A stretch of 64,000 bases of DNA, taken from positions 160,001-224,000 of the forward strand of contig CAVYBU010000030.1 in the NCBI GenBank assembly GCA_963766735.1. Reading direction: 5' to 3'. This DNA comes from an uncultured Chloroflexia bacterium (GTDB lineage: Bacteria; Chloroflexota; Limnocylindria; Limnocylindrales; CSP1-4). Below, piece by piece: positions 40,227-49,437 of the stretch; the stretch's first letter is position 1; every line of letters begins with the position of its first letter. The notes beneath the pieces are model-generated. The model was not told where the DNA came from and made no database searches. It was given only the letters and a program-made list of their open reading frames with translations. The translations under genes and the position numbers were made by a program.

Positions 40227-41510
40227 CTAGCCCAGCTGGACCTCGCCGCGGAACGCTCCGGGTTCCTCGAGGCGGCGCCGCAGCGAGCCCAGGAACCGGG
40301 CCGCCAGCTCGCCGTCCACCTGGCGGTGGTCGGCCGAGAGCGTCAGCTTCATGATCGACCGGACGGCCATGCCATCCCCGATGGCGACGACCGTGGGGAC
40401 CGCGGAGGCGACCGCGAGGATCGCGGCCTCGCCCGGGTTGATGATCGCGCTGAACTCGTCCACGCCGAACATGCCCAGGTTGGACACCGTGAAGGTGCTC
40501 CCCGTCATCTCGTCCACCGGCAGGGTTCCGCTCCGCGCTCGGACGGCGAGGTCCGCGGCCCGGTCGTGAAGTTCCTCCAGCACCAGGCGATCGGCATCGC
40601 GGATGACCGGCACCACCAGGCCTCCCGGCAGCGAGACCGCCACACCGAGGTGGACGCGCCGGCGTGGCCAGACGGAGACGCCGTCCGAGCGCGAGTTGAC
40701 GTCCGGGAACTCCGCGAGGGTCTGGGCGGTGGCCGAGATGACGAAGTCGGTCACGGTCAGGTTCGTGCCGGCGGCCTTGAGCTCCGCGCGGAGGGCAAGG
40801 AGGCGCGTGACGTCCACGGCGACGGTCACCGTGAAGTGCGGGATGGTGGTCCAGGAGGCGGTGAGCCGGTCGGCGATGACGCGGCGCATCCGGGTGAGCG
40901 GCCGCGGCTCCTCCTCGCCGTCCACGGGCGCGACGGCCATCGAGGCGGCGGGCGAGCTGGCGGGCGCGGCGGCCGGTACGGCGGCAACTCGGGCGGCGAC
41001 GGCCGCCACGACGTCCTTCTCCGTGATCCGGCCCTCGGGTCCGGTGCCGGTGATCGTCCGTGGGTCGAGGCCCGCGTCGGCGGCGGCGCGGCTTGCGCGT
41101 GGACTGATGCGCAGGCGCGGGCCAACGCCCTGAGCCGGGGCCGTTGCCGCAGCCGGAGCTTGGGCCGGGGCCGCAGCCTGGGCCGGGGCCGTTGCCGCAG
41201 CCGGAGCCGCTGCCGCGGCCTGAACCGTCTCGGCCGGTGTCGCCGGCTCCGGTGCTTCCGGGATCGCCTCGCCCGGCTGGCCCACCCAGGCACAGACCTG
41301 GTTGACCGGGATCGTGGCGCCCTCCTGGGCGACGATCCGCAGGAGGACGCCCTCGTCGAAGGCCTCCACCTCCATGGCGGACTTGTCGGTCTCGATCTCG
41401 AACAGCACGTCGCCCCTGGCAACGTGGTCACCCTCGCGCTTGTGCCAGGCGATGACCGTGCACTCCTCGGTCGCCTGCCCCGGCTTCGGCATCAGGATCG
41501 CGTGCGGCAT
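40227..41510 (-). CDS. 2-oxoacid/acetoin dehydrogenase E2 (dihydrolipoamide acyltransferase)
   Basis: Lipoyl motif IETDKS, Ala/Pro linker, E3-binding GTGPEGRI, TVSNLGMFG, catalytic DHRQVDG. Confidence 0.94.
   Translation of the reverse strand: MPHAILMPKPGQATEECTVIAWHKREGDHVARGDVLFEIETDKSAMEVEAFDEGVLLRIVAQEGATIPVNQVCAWVGQPGEAIPEAPEPATPAETVQAAAAAPAAATAPAQAAAPAQAPAAATAPAQGVGPRLRISPRASRAAADAGLDPRTITGTGPEGRITEKDVVAAVAARVAAVPAAAPASSPAASMAVAPVDGEEEPRPLTRMRRVIADRLTASWTTIPHFTVTVAVDVTRLLALRAELKAAGTNLTVTDFVISATAQTLAEFPDVNSRSDGVSVWPRRRVHLGVAVSLPGGLVVPVIRDADRLVLEELHDRAADLAVRARSGTLPVDEMTGSTFTVSNLGMFGVDEFSAIINPGEAAILAVASAVPTVVAIGDGMAVRSIMKLTLSADHRQVDGELAARFLGSLRRRLEEPGAFRGEVQLG
41131..41207. repeat. Coding repeats in the E2 linker (APAAATAPAQ)
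   Basis: GCCGGGGCCGTTGCCGCAGCCGGAGC at 41134 and 41182. Confidence 0.75.
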
Positions 41511-41552
41511 GGCTCGTGGCCTCCCTGCGTGTCGGTCGTGCCCGGGTCGGGG

Positions 41553-43853
41553 CTAGAGGAGGCCCTTCGCCGCCGTGTAGATGTCCCCTGCGTTGGGGAG
41601 GAACGCCTTCTCCAGGCCCTCCGCCTGCGGGGAGATGCCGTTCTGGGCACCGATCCGGGCGACGGGGGCGTCGAGGTAGTCGAAGACCTCGCCCTGGATT
41701 CGCGCGACGATCTCGTTCACGAAGCTGCCCGACAGCACGGCCTGTGCCGCCACGACGCACCGCCCCGTCTTGCGGACGGAGGCGAGCACGGTGTCGATGT
41801 CGAGCGGGACGAGGCTCCGGATATCGATGACCTCGGCCGCCACGCCGTCCTCGTCTGCCAGCCGCGCGGCCGCCGCCAGGCAGTCCGCCACCGCGGGCCC
41901 CCAGCTGACCAGCGTCACGTCGGAACCCTCGCGGGCCACGCTGGCAACGCCGATCGGCACGAGGCTCTCGCCCTCGGGGACGATGCCCTTGGCCGTGTAC
42001 AGGCCCTGGCTCTCGACGAACATCACCGGGTTGCTGGTGCGGATCGCGGACTTCAGCAACCCCTTGGCATCGGCCGGATTGGACGGGTAGACGACGTAGA
42101 TGCCCGGGAGGTGCGTGAACAGGCTCTCCAGGGTCTGGCTGTGCTGCCCCCCGTAGCCCTTGCCGGCGCCGACAGAGGCCCGGATGACGAGCGGGACCTC
42201 CACCTGGCCGCCGCTCATGTAGTGCCACTTCGCGGCCTGGTTGGCGATCTGGTCCGACGCCATGAGCGCAAAGTCCATGTACATCAGCTCGACGACCGGC
42301 CGCAGGCCGACGATGGCGGCACCGACCGCCGTTCCGCAGATCGCGGCTTCGCTGATCGGCGTGTTGAAGACCCGATCCCGCCCGAAGGACTCGAGCAGGC
42401 CCTTGGTGAGCTTGAACGCGCCGCCGTACTCTGCGATGTCCTCGCCGTAGGTGATGACGCGGCGGTCGCGGACCATCTCCTCGATCATGGCCTCGCGGAG
42501 CGCGTCCTTGTAGCTGATCGCACCGTCGGGACCGCGCTTGGCCTCGGGGAGGGGAGCGAGGAGCTCCGCCGCCGTGTCCGCCGGGAGGTCGTCGGAGCTG
42601 CCGTCCGTGTACAGCAGGCGCAGCGCGTCGGACGGATCGGGATCCGTCGCGAGCGAGGCACGGACGGCCGCACGGGCGTTGCGCTCCTTCACGCGGGTCT
42701 CGACAGCAGCGACGCCAGCCTCGTCGGCGACGCCCGCCTCCAGGATCTGGGCCTTCAGGCGCTCGATCGGGTCGATCGCCCGCCAGGCAGCCTCCTCCTC
42801 GCGCGTCCGGTACTCGTTGCGCGGGTCGGACAGCGAGTGGCCGTAGTAGCGATAGGTGCTGGCCTCGATCAGCACCGGCCCCTGCCCGGTACGGCACAGC
42901 TCCACGGCGCGGCGGACCGCGTCCCGGACGGCCAGCACGTCCATGCCGTTGACCGTCTCGGCGTGCATCACGTTGTCCGCGAAGCCGGCGGCCCGCTGGG
43001 CCAGGTGGGCGACGCCCATGACCTCCTCGTCGGAGCGATGCGTCATGCCGTAGTGGTTGTTCTGGATGAAGTAGATGACCGGCAGGCCGTAGGGGTGATC
43101 GCCCGCCATGTGGTTGGTCCACTGCGCCTGCGCCGCCCAGTTGAGCGACTCGAGGACCACGCCGTTGGCATAGGCGCCGTCGCCCGCGAAGCAGCAGACG
43201 ACCCGGTCCGAGCGCTCGTAGCGGTGGGCCATCGCGGCACCGGTCGCGATCGGCACGCTTCCGCCCACGATGGCGTTGGCGCCGAGGTTGCCGGTGGAGA
43301 AGTCCCCGATGTGCATGCCGCCGCCGCGGCCCGCGCAGTAACCCTCCTCCTTGCCGAACAGCTCCGCGATCACGCGGTAGACATGCTGCTCGAGCGCAGC
43401 CTCGAGGAGCTCTTCGTGTGTCCCGCCGGCGCTGCCCGGAACCCGGGCGCGAAGCTGCTCGTCGTCCATGGTCCGGATGGAGGCGAAGCCCTTGGCGACG
43501 GCATCGCCGTGGCCGCGGTGGGAGCTGGTGACGTTGTCGTCGGTGCGGAGCATGCTGCAGGCGCCGACCGGGGAGGCTTCCTGTCCGATGGAGACGTGCG
43601 TCGGTCCGCGGTAGTCATAACCCGGGAGTGCGTCGTAGCCGCCCGACCGAAGCCGGACGATCATCTCCTCCACCTCGCGGATCGCGAGCATGTTGTCGAA
43701 CAGCTCCAGCGCCTCCGCAGGCGTGGTCGTGCCGGCCGCGATCTCGCTCGCCAGGCTGCCTGCATAGGTGAAGCCCCTGACAGTCCCCAGGGCCACCTCG
43801 AAAGGCTCCATGTCCGGGCGCACGTCGCTCTTGTAGGCCGTCTCGTTTGTCAC
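41553..43853 (-). CDS. Fused E1 alpha+beta ThDP-dependent dehydrogenase (AcoAB/PdhAB-like)
   Basis: HVSIGQEA, SHRGHG, GRGGGMH, ThDP motif GDGA...NN, YRYYGHS; beta part YGEDI, TPISE, GGQHSQ, DIRSLVPLD; GTG at 43853 with AGGA RBS. Confidence 0.92.
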   Translation of the reverse strand: MTNETAYKSDVRPDMEPFEVALGTVRGFTYAGSLASEIAAGTTTPAEALELFDNMLAIREVEEMIVRLRSGGYDALPGYDYRGPTHVSIGQEASPVGACSMLRTDDNVTSSHRGHGDAVAKGFASIRTMDDEQLRARVPGSAGGTHEELLEAALEQHVYRVIAELFGKEEGYCAGRGGGMHIGDFSTGNLGANAIVGGSVPIATGAAMAHRYERSDRVVCCFAGDGAYANGVVLESLNWAAQAQWTNHMAGDHPYGLPVIYFIQNNHYGMTHRSDEEVMGVAHLAQRAAGFADNVMHAETVNGMDVLAVRDAVRRAVELCRTGQGPVLIEASTYRYYGHSLSDPRNEYRTREEEAAWRAIDPIERLKAQILEAGVADEAGVAAVETRVKERNARAAVRASLATDPDPSDALRLLYTDGSSDDLPADTAAELLAPLPEAKRGPDGAISYKDALREAMIEEMVRDRRVITYGEDIAEYGGAFKLTKGLLESFGRDRVFNTPISEAAICGTAVGAAIVGLRPVVELMYMDFALMASDQIANQAAKWHYMSGGQVEVPLVIRASVGAGKGYGGQHSQTLESLFTHLPGIYVVYPSNPADAKGLLKSAIRTSNPVMFVESQGLYTAKGIVPEGESLVPIGVASVAREGSDVTLVSWGPAVADCLAAAARLADEDGVAAEVIDIRSLVPLDIDTVLASVRKTGRCVVAAQAVLSGSFVNEIVARIQGEVFDYLDAPVARIGAQNGISPQAEGLEKAFLPNAGDIYTAAKGLL

Positions 43854-43903
43854 CTGGTTCCTCCGGTCCGCCGTCGGGCGCCCGGGAGGAGTCCCGCCGC
43901 CGC

Positions 43904-44710
43904 TCATGCCTTGATCACGTTGATGCCAAGCCGCGCGAGGGTGCGCGCCGCCCGTTCGTCGATGCCCTCATCCGTCACCAGGATGTCCACCTGGTCCAGT
44001 CGCCCTGCGTTGACCAGGGAGCGCGTGCCGAGCTTGCCGCTGTCGGCCAGCAGGATCACCTCGCGCGCTCGCCCGATCACCAGTTCCTTGGTGTAGGCCT
44101 CGCCGGGATCCGTGGTCGTCATCCCGCCCTCCAGCGAGAACGCGAACGTGCCCATCAGCGCTCGGTCCACGTGGATGTCCTCGAGGAGTCGGCGGGTCAT
44201 GGGTCCGACCATCGCCTGGCTTCGCTCGCGCAGCTCGCCGCCGACCAGGATGAGCCGCGGCCCGCGCCCGAGCAGCTCGTTGGCCACGGGCAGGCTGTTG
44301 GTGACGACCGTGAGGCGATCCCAGCCATGGAGGAGCCGGGCGGCCGCGAGGACCGTGCTGCCGGAGTCCAGGTAGACGGTGTCGTCCGGGGCGAGGAGCC
44401 GCACGGCACGGTCGGCGATCCGCGCCTTCTGGGCGGCGGCGGCCTCGGCCTTGACGTCGAAGTGCGGCTCGTCCAGGCGACCGTCCATGGCGACGGCCCC
44501 GCCGTGCACGCGACGGAGGCGCCCGCCCGCCGCCAGCTCGTTGAGGTCCCGGCGGACCGTGGCCGGGGAGACGCCCAGGGTGGCGCTGAGCTCCTCGAGA
44601 CGGACTGCCCGACGCGTGTCCACGATGGCTCCGAGGCGCTCGCGGCGGGCTGCCGCGAGGTCGTGCGTCGGGGCAGGTGCAGCCGAATCGCTCACGTTTG
44701 GCAACGACAT
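43904..44710 (-). CDS. DeoR/GlpR family transcriptional regulator
   Basis: VSPATVRRDL, RVHGGA, YLDSGST, VVTNSL, LADSGKLG. Confidence 0.95.
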   Translation of the reverse strand: MSLPNVSDSAAPAPTHDLAAARRERLGAIVDTRRAVRLEELSATLGVSPATVRRDLNELAAGGRLRRVHGGAVAMDGRLDEPHFDVKAEAAAAQKARIADRAVRLLAPDDTVYLDSGSTVLAAARLLHGWDRLTVVTNSLPVANELLGRGPRLILVGGELRERSQAMVGPMTRRLLEDIHVDRALMGTFAFSLEGGMTTTDPGEAYTKELVIGRAREVILLADSGKLGTRSLVNAGRLDQVDILVTDEGIDERAARTLARLGINVIKA

Positions 44711-44847
44711 GAGCAGATACTAGCACAATCGTGCATGATCGATCACATCTGGCGGAGCGGTCTCGCGGGGGCCATGCGGCGAGCGGGTCACCTTCTCGCG
44801 TGGGCGTGAGCGGTAGACTCTGGCCTATCGGACCCACTGGAGCCCCC

Positions 44848-45516
44848 ATGCCCGAAGACCGTGCCATCTCGCGCAGTGTCCTGGCCGATCAGGTCAAGGA
44901 CCGCCTGCTGCAGGGCATCCTTTCGGGCCGCTATCCACCCGACTCACGGATCGTGGAAACGCGGGTAGCACGCGAGCTGGGCACCAGCCAGGCGCCCGTC
45001 AGGGAGGCCCTCCGGGGTCTCGAGGCACTGGGCGTCGTCGAGATCCTGCCCTTCCGTGGCGCGCGCGTCCGGAGCCCAAGCCTCCAGGAGCTGCTGGAAG
45101 CCTATGCGGTGCGCTCGGCGCTGGAGTCACTCGGCGCGCGGCTGGGGATCCAGCGCATGACGGATGCGGACCTCGCGGAACTGGAGACGCTGCACGAGGC
45201 GATGCAGCAGGCCGCGAAGATCGGGGACCGACACGAGGTCGCGGTTCACGACGCGGCGTTCCACGCGCGGCTCCTTGCCCTCGCGGGCAACCGGACGCTG
45301 GAGAGCGTGTGGAGATCGCTCGAGCCCTTCTCGCGGACCTACATCACGCTCGTCGCGCCGGGTGCGGACGCCCGATGGACCGCGGACCTGCACCCGCGCA
45401 TCCTGGCGGCCGTGCGCTCGCGGGATCCGGAAGCCGTGGTCGCGGCGCTGCGGCACCACTTTGACGAGGCCTCCGCCCACCTGGCCGAGGGCTGGCAGAC
45501 GGAGCCCACCAGCCGA
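44848..45516 (+). CDS. GntR/FadR-family regulator (HTH + FCD); end inferred, as the ORF runs on to 46629 as sequenced
   Basis: GGAG RBS, ATG 44848; ARELGTSQAPVREAL, YAVRSALE, DAAFH, HF. The domain ends ~45500 and an in-frame CGA at 45514 is one base from TGA. Confidence 0.85.
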
Positions 45517-45591
45517 TGGCCGCCGGTCGCGCGCCGCTGCGGGACGGGTGCTGCGGGACGGGTCACGCTGCCGGGAGCAACCGAGACCCTC

Positions 45592-46536
45592 TCAGGCGCG
45601 ACCCAGGATCGCGAGCACCTGTTCCGCGACCCGCGACGCCGACAGCCCGTAGATGTCCAGCAGCGCGTCGTTCGGGCCCGACTGGACGTAGGTGTCCTGG
45701 AGCCCGATCCGGTTGAGCTGCGTCGGGCGAAGCTCGCCCAGCACCTCGGCCACGGCGCCGCCCAGCCCACCGAGCACCGTGTGCTCCTCGACGGTGATCA
45801 CGCGGCCGGTCCGCTCCGCGGCGTCCACGATCGCCTCCGTGTCGAGGGGCTTGACCGTCGGCACGTGGAGGACGTGGGCGTCCACGCCCCGGGCCGCCAG
45901 CAGCTCGGCAGCCTCCACCACGCGCGGGGTCTGGGTACCCGTCCCGATCAGCGTGACGTCGCGCCCCTCGCGGACCACCACGGCCTTGCCGAACGCGAAG
46001 CGGTAGCTCGCGTCGAACAGCCGGGCGGTGCCGTCGCGCACGAGGCGCACGTAGCAGGGTCCCTGGTAGGCCGCGGCCCAGCGGAGGACCAGGTCGGCCT
46101 CCACGTCGTCCGCCGGCGCCACCGAGACCATGCCCGGCATCGCCCGCATGATCGCGAGGTCGTCCACGATGATGTGGCTCATCCCCGTCTGGCCCGTGAA
46201 CATCCCGGCATACCCGGGCGTGATCTTCACGTTCGCGCCCGTCTGGGCGATCAGCACCCGGATCTGGTCCAGCGGCCGGACCACCGCGAACGAGACGAAC
46301 GTGCTGATGAACGGGATGAGGCCCATGGTGGACAGCCCCGCGGCCACGCCCAGCATGTTCTGCTCGGCGATGCCCATCTGCAGGTAGCGGTCCGGGTGGG
46401 CCTTCTCGAAGATGTCGGCCCGCGTGGACGAGCCCACGTCGCCATCCAGCATCACGATCCGCGGGTCCTCGGTGGCCAGCGCCGCCACGGTCTCGCCGAA
46501 GATCTCCCGCATCGGGCGGCCAATCGGCAGCGTCAT
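45592..46536 (-). CDS. Split transketolase, C-terminal (pyrimidine-binding + C) subunit, AptB-like
   Basis: GIAEQNM, DQIR, MRAMPGM, YVRL, TVKPLD, EEHTVLGGLG; ATG overlaps the upstream TGA. Confidence 0.92.
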   Translation of the reverse strand: MTLPIGRPMREIFGETVAALATEDPRIVMLDGDVGSSTRADIFEKAHPDRYLQMGIAEQNMLGVAAGLSTMGLIPFISTFVSFAVVRPLDQIRVLIAQTGANVKITPGYAGMFTGQTGMSHIIVDDLAIMRAMPGMVSVAPADDVEADLVLRWAAAYQGPCYVRLVRDGTARLFDASYRFAFGKAVVVREGRDVTLIGTGTQTPRVVEAAELLAARGVDAHVLHVPTVKPLDTEAIVDAAERTGRVITVEEHTVLGGLGGAVAEVLGELRPTQLNRIGLQDTYVQSGPNDALLDIYGLSASRVAEQVLAILGRA

Positions 46537-47411
46537 CGTCCGGCCCCTTCCGCGGTAGCGGGCTCGCCCAGCTCGGCCATGGCCAGCTCGTACTCCTCGG
46601 GCTTGATCGCCCGCGTATGCCAGAAGTAGCGGCCCTCCATGAAGGAGACGCCCTTGCCCTTCACCGTGTGCGCGATGATCGCGGTCGGGCGACCATCTCC
46701 CTGCTCGGCCTCGCGCAGAACGCCGACGATGGCGGGCATGTCGTGCCCGTCCAGCTCCAGGACCCGCCAACCGAAGGCGGCCCACTTGGCAGCCAGCTCT
46801 CCCGGTACCTGGGGCGCGATGCGCCCGTCGGGTCCGTCGCCCGGCCAGCCGTACTGCTGGAGCTTGTTGTGGTCGACGATGGCCACCAGGTTGTCCAGCC
46901 CGTAGCGCTGGGCGGCCATGGCGGCCTCCCAGACTTCGCCCTCCTGGCATTCGCCGTCGCCCAGCATCACCCACGCCCGGACGTCCCTGCCCGTGAGCCG
47001 CGCGCCGAGAGCCATGCCCATGGCGGCGGAGATCCCCATGCCCAGCGACCCGGTGGACATGTCGAGGCCGGGCAGCCGGGTCATGTCCGGATGGCCCTGG
47101 AGCCGTGAGTGGGCGCCGTCGAACGTGAGCAGCTCCTCCACGGGGAAGTAGCCCCGCAGCGCCATCGCCGCATACAGCGCGATGGACGAGTGGCCCTTGG
47201 ACAGGATGAAGCGGTCCCGGTCGGGCCAGGCGGGATCGTCCGGCCGGATACGCAGCTCGTGGAAGTAGAGGGCAGCCAGGATGTCGGCGGCGGAGAGGGG
47301 ACCGCCGAGGTGGCCCGCGCGGGCGTAGTAGACGCTGCGGATGATCTCGACGCGGATGTTGCGAGCCACCTCCTCGAGACGCGCGATCCCGGCGGTGTCC
47401 AACGTGCTCAC
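46533..47411 (-). CDS. Split transketolase, N-terminal (ThDP-binding) subunit, AptA-like
   Basis: GHLGGPLS, DRFILSKGH, LQGHPD, STGSLG, GDGECQEG...DHN, HTVKGKG; GTG overlaps the cupin TGA. Confidence 0.93.
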   Translation of the reverse strand: MSTLDTAGIARLEEVARNIRVEIIRSVYYARAGHLGGPLSAADILAALYFHELRIRPDDPAWPDRDRFILSKGHSSIALYAAMALRGYFPVEELLTFDGAHSRLQGHPDMTRLPGLDMSTGSLGMGISAAMGMALGARLTGRDVRAWVMLGDGECQEGEVWEAAMAAQRYGLDNLVAIVDHNKLQQYGWPGDGPDGRIAPQVPGELAAKWAAFGWRVLELDGHDMPAIVGVLREAEQGDGRPTAIIAHTVKGKGVSFMEGRYFWHTRAIKPEEYELAMAELGEPATAEGAGR

Positions 47412-47776
47412 TGGGGGTCCTTCCTCTCGTAGGAACCGGAGACCACCGGGGGCGAGAACAGGCACAGGAGCTCCAGCGGCTCCGGGCCGTCCGCCTCGGT
47501 CGCGTGGAAGGTGCCGGGCGGCACGTGCACCACCACGCCGGGCTCAACCTCCGCCACGCCGTCCGAGGTCACGATCCGGCCGCGGCCCGCCGTGCAGTAG
47601 ATCGTCTCCTCCTCGGCGGGATGGACGTGGCCGGTGGGCTTCGAGCCGGCGGGGTAGACGGAGACGCCCATCGAGACCTGGCGGGCGTCGCTGTTGTGGG
47701 GCCCGAAGTACGAGTGCCATACCCGGCCGGGAAGCGGAAACTGCTCCGCCTCGTTGCGTGCGACCCGCTTGATCAT
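47408..47776 (-). CDS. Cupin domain protein
   Basis: GHVHPAEEETIY and VHVPPGTFHAT metal-binding motifs. Confidence 0.9.
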   Translation of the reverse strand: MIKRVARNEAEQFPLPGRVWHSYFGPHNSDARQVSMGVSVYPAGSKPTGHVHPAEEETIYCTAGRGRIVTSDGVAEVEPGVVVHVPPGTFHATEADGPEPLELLCLFSPPVVSGSYERKDPQ

Positions 47777-47818
47777 CGAGGTACCTCACCGTCGGACGGC
47801 AGGCGCCGTCTCGGACAC

Positions 47819-47838
47819 ATAATCGATTATCGACGATA
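47819..47838. promoter_or_regulatory. Putative island operator (ATCGAT-repeat motif)
   Basis: ATAATCGATTATCGACGATA upstream of the cupin-transketolase operon. Confidence 0.65.
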
Positions 47839-47918
47839 CGCGCCCCGGCGCCGGCGGTCAAGGCCGCGACGGGGCGTAGTGAGCCCGCCGCCCGGCGGGG
47901 GAGGCGCAAGCGGGCACG

Positions 47919-47957
47919 AAAAGGGGGTCCTCCGCCGCATGGCGGGAGGACCCCCTT
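47919..47957 (-). terminator. Intrinsic terminator after the SBP gene
   Basis: Long GC stem GGGGGTCCTCCGCC / GGCGGGAGGACCCCC with a T-tract on the minus strand (AAAA at 47919-47922). Confidence 0.75.
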
Positions 47958-47989
47958 CGACTGGCGTCAGACGAGCTGGCGCCGGGCTA

Positions 47990-49393
47990 CTACCACTGGC
48001 ACTTGTTGGGAGGAGTCTCCGGGTCGCACGTCGCGACGGACTTGATCTGGTCGAGGATCTCCAAGCCCTTCGCGGCGTCGAGGAGGACGGCCTCGCCCGC
48101 CGTGCCGTCCGCGTTGAACGGCGTGTAGGAGGGGTTGACGGCGTTCACGCCCCCATCGGTGTAGAGGCCGGGACCGGTGATGCCGTCGTAGTCGATGTCC
48201 GTGCCCGCGCGGATGAGGGCCAGGCAATCGGCGTACGTGTAGCACTTCTCGCCATCTTCGCCGACCGCATGCATGGCCGGAGCCCAGGCACTCGCCTTGT
48301 ACGACCCGGCGGCTTCGACGGCAAGCGCCGTCTGGATCATCACGTCGTACGTGGAGAAGTGGTACTGGTCCTCGGCGCCGCCGAACTTGTCGCCGTTCAC
48401 CTGGTCCCACAGCGGCTGGTAGAACGCCCACGCGGCGGTGGAGGTGTCGGGCGAGAAGGCCGCGAAGCCGATGCCCTTCTGGGAAGCGATGGGCGCGGTG
48501 CCCAGCGTGTTGATGAACTCCTGCAGGACCCAGCCGGTCTCGCCGATCCAGTTGAGCGACAGGCCGGCCTCATCCGCCTGCTTGATCAGCGTGGCCGATT
48601 CCACCGAACCCGCCTGGACGATGACGGCGTCCGGCTTCAGGTCGGCGATCTTCTGGGCTTCTGCCCGGTAGGACGGCTGCTCGGCCGGGCTGTCGATGCG
48701 GGCCATTACTTCGAGCCCAAGTGCCTCGGCAGCCTTCTCGGCCGCGTCGGCTGCCAGCTGGAAGCCTTCGACCTGGGTGGCGAAGACCACGATCTTCTTG
48801 GCACCGATCGACTCCGCGTACAGGCTCCCGGACGTGCCCAGGGCCTCGTCGAGACCCTGTGCCCGGAAGATCGGCTCCGCGGCCTTGCCGCCCAGGTTGC
48901 CCGGGATCGCGCCGCCGTGGACGGACGGCCCGAGCGGCGAATCGTTCTCGGTCCACCAGTCCATCATGTAGTCGCGGTAGGTGCGGTACCCGTGGGCGAT
49001 GCTGACCACGATCTCGGCGCCGCGCTGCTCGAGGCAGGCCCGGGCCGCCTGGGCCTCACCGACCGTGCCGAGGTCCTCGTGGTACAGCTCCCACGTGCGG
49101 CCCAGCGGCGGGTCGAGGTTGATGACCTCGTTGACCGGGAAGACGACGTCGTTGGTGAGCGATTCACCGTACGCCGCGAATTCGCCCGTGTAGTAGGCCA
49201 GCTCGCAGACCGCTACCGGCCCGGTCTCGGCGGGCGGTGCGTCGGTGGCTGCGGGCGGTGCGTCGGTGGCTGCGGGCGGCGCGGCGGTGTCGCCGGGTGC
49301 CGCTGTGGATGATGCGCCGCCGCACGCGGCGACGAGCAGGGCGAACACCATGATGAAGACCACGGCGCGACCCGACTTGATCCTGTCGACCAT
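47990..49393 (-). CDS. ABC substrate-binding lipoprotein (LivJ/K-type fold), divergent
   Basis: Lipobox LVAAC, Pro/Ala/Thr tether, YTGEFAAYG, KPDAVI, DYDGITG; AGGAGGAG RBS. Confidence 0.88.
   Translation of the reverse strand: MVDRIKSGRAVVFIMVFALLVAACGGASSTAAPGDTAAPPAATDAPPAATDAPPAETGPVAVCELAYYTGEFAAYGESLTNDVVFPVNEVINLDPPLGRTWELYHEDLGTVGEAQAARACLEQRGAEIVVSIAHGYRTYRDYMMDWWTENDSPLGPSVHGGAIPGNLGGKAAEPIFRAQGLDEALGTSGSLYAESIGAKKIVVFATQVEGFQLAADAAEKAAEALGLEVMARIDSPAEQPSYRAEAQKIADLKPDAVIVQAGSVESATLIKQADEAGLSLNWIGETGWVLQEFINTLGTAPIASQKGIGFAAFSPDTSTAAWAFYQPLWDQVNGDKFGGAEDQYHFSTYDVMIQTALAVEAAGSYKASAWAPAMHAVGEDGEKCYTYADCLALIRAGTDIDYDGITGPGLYTDGGVNAVNPSYTPFNADGTAGEAVLLDAAKGLEILDQIKSVATCDPETPPNKCQW
49230..49279. 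repeat. 21-nt coding tandem repeat (AATDAPP) in the lipoprotein tether
   Basis: GCGGGCGGTGCGTCGGTGGCT twice plus a partial third copy. Confidence 0.8.
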
Positions 49394-49437
49394 TCTGATT
49401 CTCTCCTCCTGCTTCGGGACACCCTTGGAATTGGGGG

